DNA from: Caldisericaceae bacterium
GTDB taxonomy: Bacteria > Caldisericota > Caldisericia > Caldisericales > Caldisericaceae
Direction of reading: 5' to 3'
Assembly (NCBI GenBank): GCA_049967855.1
Contig: JBMFRX010000002.1
Coordinates: forward strand, 1 to 64,000
DNA: 64,000 nucleotides
The translations under genes were made by a program, and so were the position numbers. Under the pieces are notes generated by a model, which was not told the origin of the DNA, did no database searches, and saw nothing but the letters and a program-made list of their open reading frames with translations. Shown piece after piece: positions 1 to 8,869 of this stretch; within the stretch, counting starts at the first letter, position 1; each line of letters starts with the position of its first letter.

Positions 1-360
1 ACTGAATCCTTAAAATGAGATTGCCACGGGCTTAAAAGGCAAGCCCTCGCAATGACAATGACATGGTCATCCCGAAAAGTCGTTCTGAGGAATCTCCGCC
101 TTTGCCTTTCTGCTTTTCTATCATCGCGAGGAGCCCGAAGGGCGACGTGGCGATCTCTCTTTGCTTTACTGAATCCTTAAAATGAGATTGCCACGGGCTT
201 AAAAGGCAAGCCCTCGCAATGACAATGACATGGTCATCCCGAAAGGTTTTTCTGAGGGATCTCCGCCTTTTCTTTGCCAGTTGTTTCTTGTCATACTGGA
301 GAGCTTCATCTTGAAGGTTTGATTTTCCCTTTTAAAGAGGGCTTAAGGATGAGATTCTTT
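1..360. repeat. Cluster of palindromic REP-like repeats (GTCAT..CGA...GATCTC / GAGATTGCCACG...CGCAATGAC), including a ~100-bp unit repeated at a 167-bp period
   Basis: 1-~103 recurs almost identically at 168-~270; internal hairpins such as GCCCGAAGGGC; 121-174 matches 6171-6224 with 1 mismatch. Confidence 0.85.
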
Positions 361-377
361 TTGACAATATCTCTTGG

Positions 378-1001
378 TTAAATAGTTTTTAGTTTTGCAA
401 GGATTTTCTTTGCAAAGTAGGTGATTTTGTTGAATCTTTTAATCACGACTACAGCAGTAGAAAGGAAAACGTATGATTCAAACGTGTAATCCTGACTAAT
501 GTGTGCAAAGTAAAGAATTACAAGAAAGCCAACTACTTCTCCTATCTCGAGAGCAGAGTATTTTGATTGAATTCTTGTTTTAATGATATACATTATGAGG
601 ATTAAAGTTAAGGCAAACACCAATACCTGGATGGCTAACGTTGTTGACATAAACAGGAGGCCTCCAATGAACGAGGAGATACCTGTCCCTCCTTTGAACT
701 TGTGAAAAATCGGAAAATTGTGTCCGACAATTACAAAAGTCCCAATAATTGCTAATTGTCCTCCTGTGATACCATACCTTCGTGCAAACCAAAGCATAAA
801 GAAGCTTTTTGAAGCATCGAGCAGAAAAACTATTATTCCGCTTAACCTGTTTACGTGTAAAAAAACATTGGTTGCTCCAGGGTTTCCGTCACCAAATTCT
901 CTGATATCCCTTTTGAGATGAAAATAAGTAAAAAGTGTTGCAGGGTTTATAGAACCTACCAAATAAGCAATTATTGCAAATAGCAGAATTTTAGTGTCCA
1001 T
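378..1001 (-). CDS. Glycerol-3-phosphate acyltransferase PlsY-like membrane protein
   Basis: YLVGSI, DIREFGDGNPGATN, LDASK, GHNFPIF..FKGG motifs of the PlsY family. Confidence 0.8.
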   Translation of the reverse strand: MDTKILLFAIIAYLVGSINPATLFTYFHLKRDIREFGDGNPGATNVFLHVNRLSGIIVFLLDASKSFFMLWFARRYGITGGQLAIIGTFVIVGHNFPIFHKFKGGTGISSFIGGLLFMSTTLAIQVLVFALTLILIMYIIKTRIQSKYSALEIGEVVGFLVILYFAHISQDYTFESYVFLSTAVVVIKRFNKITYFAKKILAKLKTI

Positions 1002-1072
1002 TGCTTTTTTAAATTGCCCAAAGAGCCTTCCTTTTTTCGGAAAAGCCTTTGGGTATAATTATCACTTCAGTG

Positions 1073-1198
1073 TCAGAATTCTCTTTCCTTAACGATTTTA
1101 ATATCATTGTCTTTAAGGAGTCTGCGTATTTGGTCCGAATTTTGCCTAATTAGACCTGAGACTGCCTTTGCAATTTCCATACAATTCTTGTTATTCAC
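1073..1198 (-). CDS. Small hypothetical protein, 41 aa (MNNKNCMEIAKAVSGLIRQNSDQIRRLLKDNDIKIVKEREF)
   Basis: GTG start 5 nt after GGAGG; same strand as, and fills the gap between, the flanking operon genes; below the ORF-track length cutoff. Confidence 0.55.
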   Translation of the reverse strand: MNNKNCMEIAKAVSGLIRQNSDQIRRLLKDNDIKIVKEREF

Positions 1199-1212
1199 TT
1201 TTTCCTCCGAAC

Positions 1213-1704
1213 CTATTCCTTGAAAAATGCACCAACAAAGAAACCTGATACGATTGCAAACACAAAGATTAATCCGTTAAAAAGCAATACAAACTTCCAC
1301 CCAAGAACTGTTATTGCAAATGGAATCCAGGCAACTTTTATTGCCCAGGCACCGATTGTCGCTGCGATAACACCTGCTGAAGCCCCTTTGCCTCGCAGTT
1401 CTTTGAAAAATGAATAGAACATATACGCAGGTCCTATCATTACAGTGCCAAAAAGAGCGCCGATAAGGATTCCTTTAAGTCCGCTTTGCTTGCCAATGAT
1501 TTTCCCAATTGTCTGTTTTGGAATAGTTGCTGAGATGAAAGACGAAAGGAGAGCCACTGAAATGATGACAAGAAGAAGGTTTAGATATGTCTTTGTTGCA
1601 GAAAGTAGAGCTGAGCCAACTTTTGAAGGATTAAAGAATGCAAGCACAATCGCAATTGCAAGTATCGTTATTTCAATTGCCCAATCCTTCAGTACGGTCT
1701 TCAT
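1213..1704 (-). CDS. Permease half-subunit (DUF318/ArsP-like)
   Basis: Hydrophobic; IGKQSGLKGILIGALFG..GP motif; ATGA overlap with the upstream paralog. Confidence 0.7.
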   Translation of the reverse strand: MKTVLKDWAIEITILAIAIVLAFFNPSKVGSALLSATKTYLNLLLVIISVALLSSFISATIPKQTIGKIIGKQSGLKGILIGALFGTVMIGPAYMFYSFFKELRGKGASAGVIAATIGAWAIKVAWIPFAITVLGWKFVLLFNGLIFVFAIVSGFFVGAFFKE

Positions 1705-2195
1705 AGTATTACCCCCATAACTAGTGCGATAAGGATTGCAGCAGCAAATGTAAATCCATTCCTAAGCAAAGCAAATTTCTTTCCGAGAAACTTAAATTCA
1801 AGAGGCACAGCAACTACTCCTATGCCAACCCAGGTAAAGAGAAATGCTGATACAAGGGACACACTTGCATTATGGGCAAATAGATACTGCCCTATAGGAT
1901 AGCTTGTTGCTGCAGGACCCATCATCACCGATCCTGTAAGAGCTCCTACAATAATCCCTACAAAGCCCTTAAATTTCAAGAGAAATTGCGACACGGATTG
2001 AGCAGACAAGAATTTTTCAAGTATTGCGATGATAACGAATATTGCGAAAAGCCTAATTGAATTTTGGATAAACATTTTTACACTTTTCTTTGAAGCGTCA
2101 TTGAATTTGCCCTTGTCTCCTCTTATGAAATAGACGACATACAGAATAAGAACCAGGGTAAGAAGAATGATGCCTTCAATTATGTTTGTATTCAC
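1701..2195 (-). CDS. Permease half-subunit (DUF318/ArsP-like)
   Basis: Hydrophobic; GALTGSVMMGP..YP and PLEFKFLGKKFALLRN motifs. Confidence 0.7.
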   Translation of the reverse strand: MNTNIIEGIILLTLVLILYVVYFIRGDKGKFNDASKKSVKMFIQNSIRLFAIFVIIAILEKFLSAQSVSQFLLKFKGFVGIIVGALTGSVMMGPAATSYPIGQYLFAHNASVSLVSAFLFTWVGIGVVAVPLEFKFLGKKFALLRNGFTFAAAILIALVMGVIL

Positions 2196-2208
2196 TTGGA
2201 ATCAACCT

Positions 2209-2706
2209 TTACTTAACCTTCTTGTTAATCTCTAACAAGAGAGACTTAAGGTCTCCGATGTCTTTTCTTAAGGCAACGATGTCTTTTTTCATTCGGTCAA
2301 CTTCTTCTCTAACATCGGTTTCTTTGGCCTCATTTGATTCTTCGCCTTCTGAACAACAAGCTTCCTCATTTGGAGCATAGCTAACTTTACCTTGCAAATA
2401 CTCTTCGAGGACATCTTTAACCTTGCCATATGCACCCGTTATTGGAGTGATTCCATAATCTTTAAAGAAATCCTGTGCCTTAGGCCCCATACCACCAGTT
2501 ATAATTACGTTTATGTTTCTTTCTTTCATAAAGAGTGGTAAGTCGCCTGCGTTATGCTCGTCTGCGAGAGTGTTGGGAATGGACTCAACATTCTTCACCA
2601 CGTTCCCCTCTACATCCACAATCACGAAATACGGACAATGCCCAAAGTGATAGCTCATTGTACTGTCAATTCCTTTTTGTTCATCACTTGTAAAACAAAT
2701 TCTCAT
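2209..2706 (-). CDS. NifB/NifX-family (dinitrogenase FeMo-cofactor-binding domain) protein with C-terminal coiled coil
   Basis: HFGHCPYF, VIITGGMGPKA motifs; GGAGG RBS. Confidence 0.8.
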   Translation of the reverse strand: MRICFTSDEQKGIDSTMSYHFGHCPYFVIVDVEGNVVKNVESIPNTLADEHNAGDLPLFMKERNINVIITGGMGPKAQDFFKDYGITPITGAYGKVKDVLEEYLQGKVSYAPNEEACCSEGEESNEAKETDVREEVDRMKKDIVALRKDIGDLKSLLLEINKKVK

Positions 2707-2746
2707 TTTTTGCCTCCTTAAAGTTTTTTAGATTTAAATAATAGCT

Positions 2747-2769
2747 CCCCGCTAACTAAATTAGCGGGG
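2747..2769 (-). terminator. Intra-operon stem-loop
   Basis: CCCCGCTAA-ctaaa-TTAGCGGGG, a perfect 9-bp stem just after the stop of the 2778-3062 ORF. Confidence 0.55.
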
Positions 2770-2777
2770 AAAGAAAA

Positions 2778-3062
2778 TTACTTTGTAGCTTTGGCAATTA
2801 AATCGTTAATGTAGGAAATCCTATTCTCGATATCGCGCTTTGCAAAGTTGAGGTCAGCATCATCTGGATGTGCTTCAAGTTCTTTAGAAAGATATTCTAA
2901 ACGAAGTTCAAGTTCCTTTTTTGCAAATTCAAGATGTGCTTTGTCGTCTTCGTAGAAACGCCTGTAACCATAACCTCTTCCCAAACCATAGCCATAACCA
3001 TAACCTCTTCCAAAATAGGGTTCTTCGCCATAAGCATTATGCATTCTTCTGTTATAAAACAT
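2778..3062 (-). CDS. DUF5320-like Gly/Arg/Tyr-rich protein with C-terminal coiled coil
   Basis: GRGYGYGYGLGRGYGYRRF followed by a heptad-rich helix; GGAGGTGA RBS; common neighbour of NifB/NifX genes. Confidence 0.6.
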   Translation of the reverse strand: MFYNRRMHNAYGEEPYFGRGYGYGYGLGRGYGYRRFYEDDKAHLEFAKKELELRLEYLSKELEAHPDDADLNFAKRDIENRISYINDLIAKATK

Positions 3063-3063
3063 A

Positions 3064-3459
3064 TTATTTCACCTCCTCTTGTGTAATACTATTTAAAAAG
3101 TTTTTTACAAATTGTTCTGTTTGTTCAATGTATTTTACAATTGAGTTTAACTCTTCCTTACCGTGCTCAGTGATACTGTATATTCTCCTTGCAGGACCGC
3201 TTCCTGAGGTGTCCCATTCGGAGGTTATCAAGCCATCTGTCTCAAGTGCTCTTAAAATTCGATAATAATTTCCAGTAATACTTGAAGATTGCGCTTCTGC
3301 AGCAGGCATAGCCCTTGGAATGCTATTCATTAGTTCATAACCATAGGATTTGCCTTTCGAAAGTGATGCAAGAAACCAGGCTCTCGCCCAGAAATTCTGG
3401 CTAATTCCAATATCACTAAAACAACTTCCTCCTTCTCTTCTACAACTTCTTCCGCGCAT
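3064..3459 (-). CDS. PadR-family transcriptional regulator
   Basis: SYGYEL..Y..LRALETDGLITSEW..GPARRIYSIT..G winged-HTH pattern. Confidence 0.85.
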   Translation of the reverse strand: MRGRSCRREGGSCFSDIGISQNFWARAWFLASLSKGKSYGYELMNSIPRAMPAAEAQSSSITGNYYRILRALETDGLITSEWDTSGSGPARRIYSITEHGKEELNSIVKYIEQTEQFVKNFLNSITQEEVK

Positions 3460-3476
3460 CTATATCATCTCCATAC

Positions 3477-3525
3477 TTATATATAATTTACACTTATAGT
3501 ATAATAACACTTAAAAATTTGTCAA
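3477..3525 (-). promoter_or_regulatory. sigma70-type promoter of the PadR operon with candidate operator palindromes
   Basis: TTGACA(3525-3520)-16 bp-TATACT(3503-3498); palindromes TTATATATAA (3477-3486) and TTATAGTATAA (3494-3504). Confidence 0.6.
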
Positions 3526-3661
3526 GAGGGTGAAGCAAGTTTTTTTGAAAAATCTTTTTGTTTAATCTTGATGAGTGAAAATCCTTGAATTTTTAATTAG
3601 ATTTGATTAATTAGTCATGCGAGAGACCTTTGAGATGCGGAAAACTTTAAGCAAAAGTAGA

Positions 3662-4063
3662 TTATGGTTGGAATTTTTTCCTTCTTTCTCCAATATCTCT
3701 TTGTGCTTCTATGATTAAGGCTTTTAAATCGATATCACTTATTTCTTTTTCGAATAGGTTTGCGTAGGCTTCTTCATTTTTACAATAACGCGAGCCGTCA
3801 ACTTCCCTTGTTAAGAATTCTTCGTCGACAAGATACCTTCGTATTTTAACATAATCAACATTAACTCCAGAAGCTACTGACAGAAAGTCTTTTATTACTT
3901 CGTTTACCTCTTTTTCAGTGTAGCAATCTTTACTAAAAAGGAGAGCTATGGCTTTCAAAATAATCAATTTATCTTTCCTCTTTGTTGGAAGCTCTGACAA
4001 GGTGCTTCTCACTAAAAAGTCTACAACGCGTTTCTTAAATTCGTTTATTCCTATTTGTTCCAT
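3662..4063 (-). CDS. DUF2087-domain protein
   Basis: LPTKRKDK..YTEKEVN..DYVKIRRYLVDEEFLTR..DGSRY pattern. Confidence 0.7.
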   Translation of the reverse strand: MEQIGINEFKKRVVDFLVRSTLSELPTKRKDKLIILKAIALLFSKDCYTEKEVNEVIKDFLSVASGVNVDYVKIRRYLVDEEFLTREVDGSRYCKNEEAYANLFEKEISDIDLKALIIEAQRDIGERRKKFQP

Positions 4064-4094
4064 ATGCTCTCCAAAGTTCCATTATAAATTCTTT

Positions 4095-5849
4095 TTAACT
4101 TTCCAGGGCTCTAATCTCATCTCTCACAAAATCGACAATACCTTTAATATATTCCTCCGAAAAATTGAATTCTATTCCTGCGGCATTGTATAGGTCTTTT
4201 ACGGGGAGAGAGTAGCCAAGTTTAAGAAATTGTTTGTATTGTTCGACAGCTTTCTCAGGGTCCAGTTTGTAATTCTTATATACAGCAAGCGCTCCAAGTT
4301 GAGACATTCCATATTCAATATAGTAGAATGGCACTTCAAATATGTGAAGTTGCTGCATCCATAGTATTTGTTCAATATCTTTTAGCCCAGACCAATCAAC
4401 TCCGCCGTTAAACCTTTCCATAAGATTCTCAAAATATGCCTTCCTTTCAGTTGAGTTGTGTGGCGTGGTGTAAATCCAATGTTGAAAAGCATCCACCGTC
4501 ATACACCATGGCAAGAACGACAATGCTCCTTCGAGTTGTTCCAGTTTTGCCTTCTTCAGCTGTTCCTTATCATTATAGAAGTGATTAAGATGGTCAACGG
4601 TAAACAATTCCATTGACATTGAAGCAAGTTCTGCTACCTCCATAGGATAATCTTTGAAGTAGTTTATCTTTATTGGCGATGTCAGCTTGCTGTGCATCGC
4701 ATGCCCTGATTCATGTAGGAGAGTCTTTACATCGCTGTTTACACCGACAGCATTCATAAATATAAACGAAGAGCCATATTCTGGAAGGCCAAATGTGTAA
4801 CCTCCAGGAGCCTTGCCCTTTCTATTTTCAAGGTCAAGAAATCCTGAGGCTTTCATTGAAGCAAAGTTCATTCCAAACTCTTTATCGGCATCTGTTAAGG
4901 TTTGAATGGCCTTGTCAGTGAATTCTTCGATTTGTACAAACGGCTTAAGCGTGTCTCCATCGGTTTCGACGGAGGTGTCCCAGGGTCGCAGTGTGTCAAG
5001 ATTTAGTTTGTTCTTCCTTACCTCATTGCGCTCCTTCACAAAAGGGACTACAATATCTTCCACTGCTTTGTGAAATTGCATAAGGTCGTCTGGGGTGTAT
5101 GAGAATCTGCCTTTCTCTTTGTGCTTGTAATCTCTGTAATTATCAAACCCAGCATTTTTAGCTTCTTTATTGCGAATTTCTTTGAGCTCGTCAAAGATTG
5201 CATCCAGCTCTTCAGCGTGTTCTCTAAGATTGGTGTATTTTGCATTCCAGGCTTCTTCTCTCACGGAACGGTCTTTGTCTTTGAGGAAGACATTCATCTG
5301 ATTAAATGTCTTTTCGGTCCCTTTGAAGTTGATGACAATTTTTGAAATCACTTCTCCGTATTTGTTTGAAACTTCTCGCTCCTTTACAAATAAAGGGACG
5401 TTCTCTTCTCTAAAAATCTCTATGTCGTTTGCTATTATTCTATTTAGATGTTTAAAGCTTGGTTCTTCAAGCTCGTTTCTGAAGGGACTCTCGTAGAACT
5501 TCTTCTTCAGTTCAAAATCGTAGCTCATTGAGAGGGAAATTGAATTGCTGTAGAACTCATTGAATTCCTTTTGATAGTCCTGGTTGTCTGCAAAGCGTGT
5601 CATATTAATGTATTTCCACGCATATTCTTCGCCGATAATGTCTGATAGCTCTCCGCACTTTTCAAGGAAAGTTATGAGTTCAGCCCTGTTTTTGATTTGC
5701 ATTGCAAGCAGATTTTCAAATTCTCTTTTAAGTGTATTCTTGTCAGAAGGAGAGAAGTTTTCGTCAAAGTAGATTCTTTTCCTCTTTGAAAGCTTTAAGC
5801 TTGATTGATTTGTTAAACTTGAATTTTCCATTGTTTCCTCCATTGTCAC
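4095..5849 (-). CDS. M3B oligoendopeptidase (PepF family)
   Basis: RKGKAPGGY, HESGHAMH zinc motif, EVAELAS, PFYYIEY. Confidence 0.9.
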   Translation of the reverse strand: MTMEETMENSSLTNQSSLKLSKRKRIYFDENFSPSDKNTLKREFENLLAMQIKNRAELITFLEKCGELSDIIGEEYAWKYINMTRFADNQDYQKEFNEFYSNSISLSMSYDFELKKKFYESPFRNELEEPSFKHLNRIIANDIEIFREENVPLFVKEREVSNKYGEVISKIVINFKGTEKTFNQMNVFLKDKDRSVREEAWNAKYTNLREHAEELDAIFDELKEIRNKEAKNAGFDNYRDYKHKEKGRFSYTPDDLMQFHKAVEDIVVPFVKERNEVRKNKLNLDTLRPWDTSVETDGDTLKPFVQIEEFTDKAIQTLTDADKEFGMNFASMKASGFLDLENRKGKAPGGYTFGLPEYGSSFIFMNAVGVNSDVKTLLHESGHAMHSKLTSPIKINYFKDYPMEVAELASMSMELFTVDHLNHFYNDKEQLKKAKLEQLEGALSFLPWCMTVDAFQHWIYTTPHNSTERKAYFENLMERFNGGVDWSGLKDIEQILWMQQLHIFEVPFYYIEYGMSQLGALAVYKNYKLDPEKAVEQYKQFLKLGYSLPVKDLYNAAGIEFNFSEEYIKGIVDFVRDEIRALES

Positions 5850-6012
5850 TATTTTCTTTTCTGCATTAAATTATACAGCAAAAAGATAACTTCTGTAATG
5901 CCTATAGAAAAAGTTATTTTAATTGTTTTTGTTATTGCTTGGTTCATTGAGAATGCCTAAATCAACCTGACAATGCAAATTTGATACACTGATTGGCTAT
6001 AAACCTTCTAAA

Positions 6013-6490
6013 CAGATTGCCGCTTGCTGGATACTTGTTCCAGAGTCGGGATTGCAACGACTCCTGTCATCGCGAAAAGTCTTTTTGAGGGACCTCTGCT
6101 TTGTCTTTTTTCAGAGAAAGTATTAAAAGAGGAGATTCCTCACTTCGTTTCGGAATGACACCACTTTCTGTCATCGCGAGGAGCCCGAAGGGCAACGTGG
6201 CGATCTCTCTTTGCTTTACTGAATACTGAACGACGAGATTGCCACGCTCACTGCGTTCGACTTGACTTCGTCAAGGGAAGGAGTGCGCAATGACTGGGTC
6301 TGAGGAGATTGCCACGTCGGCAAGAGACAAAAGCGCCTCACTTGCTTACGCAAGGAAAGGGTTGCAGAATTACCAGATGGAGGTAAAGATTGCGCAATGA
6401 CGGCGCTCCTCCGTCATCCCGAAAAGTTTTTCTGAGGGATCTCCGCCGTTTATTCTTTCTCTGCTTCATTTTCTTGTCACTGCGAGGGGG
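6013..6490. repeat. Second cluster of palindromic REP-like repeats, same family as 1-360
   Basis: Several GTCATCGCGA/GTCATCCCGA...GATCTC and GAGATTGCCACG...CGCAATGAC arms in alternating orientation. Confidence 0.85.
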
Positions 6491-6524
6491 GAAGACTAAT
6501 TGAAATAATATTCAGATTCATATC

Positions 6525-6552
6525 TTGACTAAACTTAAAATAATTATAAAAT
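6525..6552 (+). promoter_or_regulatory. sigma70-type promoter of the heliorhodopsin operon
   Basis: TTGACT-16 bp-TAAAAT, then AAGGAGG RBS before the ATG at 6575. Confidence 0.6.
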
Positions 6553-6574
6553 AATTAATAATAAGGAGGTTCAT

Positions 6575-6967
6575 ATGAGTGGAAATGTATTAGGTCACGT
6601 TGTGTTGATGTTAGTTGGAGTGTTGATCCTTGTAGTTGGTGCGTTTGTCGGCTCAACTGACAAGGGAGAGGAAAAGCTTAATCTTCACAGAGGTTTAGGG
6701 GTAATTGGTATCTTGGTGTTTCTTTTGGGAGTCGTTGCTTTGTTATTCACAGGCAATGTTCACGCAAATCTTCCTCACTTTTTTCTCGGACTAATTGCTG
6801 TCATATTCTTTATTTTAGCTGCGATAGGAGGGATTGCTTACACTAAAGCCGATAAAACAAAGAAACAAGGACTTCGCAAATCTCATAAGGCAGATGCAGC
6901 CATTGGTTTCTTGTTTGTTTTGGTTGCTATCGTTTTTGGGATAATTGGCATAAAGGCTCTTAAGTAG
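6575..6967 (+). CDS. 4-TM membrane protein with one His per helix (cytochrome b561-like, putative)
   Basis: GHVVLM, LHRGLG, PHFFLG, SHKADA spacing resembles di-heme b561 folds; strong RBS. Confidence 0.55.
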   Translation: MSGNVLGHVVLMLVGVLILVVGAFVGSTDKGEEKLNLHRGLGVIGILVFLLGVVALLFTGNVHANLPHFFLGLIAVIFFILAAIGGIAYTKADKTKKQGLRKSHKADAAIGFLFVLVAIVFGIIGIKALK

Positions 6968-7012
6968 CTTGGAAATACAACTTAGGAACAAAAAACTTTA
7001 AAGGAGGTTTTT

Positions 7013-7783
7013 ATGGACGAAGAGAAAAGGTTTGTTGGTTTAAGAAAGTTCAATTTATTTATGGGATTCCTTCATCTTTTGCAGGGTATTCTGATGATTG
7101 TGCTAAGCAATAACAAGACATATCCAATTTTCTCAAATTATTTGACATTTGACAAGGCAACTTTTTCGCTGAAACCGAATCCTCAGTTGATTTATAATCT
7201 TAGGTTTGGGCCAGCTGTTGCCGCATTCTTGCTTATCTCTGCCGTTGCGCACTTCTATATCTCAACCGTCGGTTATAAGCAATACGTGAGTTTGCTAAAA
7301 AGGAAAATGAACCCAATAAGATTTTATGAATATGCCTTAAGCTCATCGCTTATGATTGTACTTATTGGAATGCTTGTGGGAGTGTGGGATATTGGAACGA
7401 TGATTGCAATCTTTGGTGTCAACGCAACAATGAACTTGTTTGGGATAATGTTTGAGATACATAACCAGTATACCAAAAAAACTGACTGGACAGCGTTTAT
7501 TTATGGTTCGATTGCAGGAATTATTCCGTGGATTGTTATATTAATGTATTTCTATGGCGCGCTAAATTCTTCGGGGGCAAAGCCACCTGCATTTGTATAT
7601 GCAATTATCCCTACAATTTTTGTTTTCTTCAATATGTTTGCGGTGAATGCGTTCTTGCAACACAAGAAAGTTGGACCCTGGAAGGACTATCTCTTTGGAG
7701 AAAAAGTGTACATAATTCTAAGCTTGCTCTCAAAAACTGCCCTTGCCTGGATGATATTTGCAGGCACTCTTGCGCCAGTTTAG
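7013..7783 (+). CDS. Heliorhodopsin (HeR)
   Basis: N-terminal FN..MG.LHL.QG, SAVAH, NPIRFYEYALSSS (counter-ion Glu), YIILSLLSKTALAW (retinal-binding Lys); 7-TM profile. Confidence 0.92.
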   Translation: MDEEKRFVGLRKFNLFMGFLHLLQGILMIVLSNNKTYPIFSNYLTFDKATFSLKPNPQLIYNLRFGPAVAAFLLISAVAHFYISTVGYKQYVSLLKRKMNPIRFYEYALSSSLMIVLIGMLVGVWDIGTMIAIFGVNATMNLFGIMFEIHNQYTKKTDWTAFIYGSIAGIIPWIVILMYFYGALNSSGAKPPAFVYAIIPTIFVFFNMFAVNAFLQHKKVGPWKDYLFGEKVYIILSLLSKTALAWMIFAGTLAPV

Positions 7784-7791
7784 AGGATTTT

Positions 7792-7823
7792 AGTGGGGGG
7801 AAAATATCTTTCTCCCCACTTTT
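7792..7823 (+). terminator. Rho-independent terminator after heliorhodopsin
   Basis: AGTGGGGGGAAA...TTTCTCCCCACT stem followed by TTT. Confidence 0.7.
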
Positions 7824-7915
7824 CAAAACATAAGGCTTTTTGAATGTTTCTGCCAAAATTTATTTTTGTAAAAACCTCAAAAGAGGTGGCATAGTTTTGT
7901 TATGCGAGCTTTAAA

Positions 7916-8869
7916 TTGAAATTTATTGCACTGTCAGCAATTATTTTAGTTGTATATTGTTGCTATTCAGTTCTTTCGGTGAAGCTTTCCTACCACAGTC
8001 CGCAGCAGTTTGCTGACCGTGATTCAAAGTTTATTGACGTGCTTGGCATAAGAATTCATTACAAGGATTTTGGGAAAGGGGAAAACACATTTTTGCTTAT
8101 TCACGGCTTTGGTGCAGGGACGTTCACTTTTGGAAACGTCATAAGGGAATTTACAAAATTCGGTAGAGTAGTTGTTTTGGACTTACCTGGATTTGGACTT
8201 TCAGAAAGACCCAGCAATTCAGAAAACAATTTGTTCGACCCCTATAGCAGAGTAGGGCAGGTGGAAATTGTGCGAGCTTTTGTAGCAAAGCTGAGTCTGC
8301 ACGACATTATTCTTGTAGGCCATTCAATGGGAGGCGGAATCTCTGCGCTACTTGCAGAAAGATATCCAGAGCTTGTGAAAGCTCTTGTGCTTGTTGACCC
8401 TGCAATAGATTCCTATAGTGCACCTAAAATTATCTCTAATATTATGAAAAGCCACGTGGGAAAAATAATATTCCTGTTAATCATAAAACCGATTACATTA
8501 AGTCTTGAAAGCGCTATAAGCAAAGCATATTTTGACAAATCAAAAATCACTCGAAAGTTGAGAAAAAGCTATCTACAGGCATTAACTGTAACTGACTGGG
8601 ACAAGGGTCTGTATTATCTATTGATTGCAGATAACAGTGTCGATATTAAAAGTGGGCTTTCAAATATTTCTATTCCAACTCTTGTAATTGCTGGAGCGAA
8701 TGACAAAATTGTCGACCCTGCATCAATCAGGAAGGTTGCAGTGAAAATTCCCAGCAGTCAATATGTTGAGATAGAAGAATGTGGCCATTTACCTCACGAG
8801 GAAAAACCGGGCGAATTCCTTCAAAGCGTGTTAAATTTCTTAAGGAGTGCTAATATTGGCATCGTTTGA
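7916..8869 (+). CDS. Alpha/beta hydrolase with N-terminal anchor
   Basis: LIHGFG, DLPGFGLS, GHSMGG nucleophile elbow, GANDKIV, CGHLPHEE. Confidence 0.9.
   Translation: MKFIALSAIILVVYCCYSVLSVKLSYHSPQQFADRDSKFIDVLGIRIHYKDFGKGENTFLLIHGFGAGTFTFGNVIREFTKFGRVVVLDLPGFGLSERPSNSENNLFDPYSRVGQVEIVRAFVAKLSLHDIILVGHSMGGGISALLAERYPELVKALVLVDPAIDSYSAPKIISNIMKSHVGKIIFLLIIKPITLSLESAISKAYFDKSKITRKLRKSYLQALTVTDWDKGLYYLLIADNSVDIKSGLSNISIPTLVIAGANDKIVDPASIRKVAVKIPSSQYVEIEECGHLPHEEKPGEFLQSVLNFLRSANIGIV

Noticed and set aside
1..6490. CRISPR or IS reading of the palindromic repeats
   Set aside because: Units vary in length and orientation, spacing is irregular, and no transposase ORF or terminal repeat with target duplication is visible.
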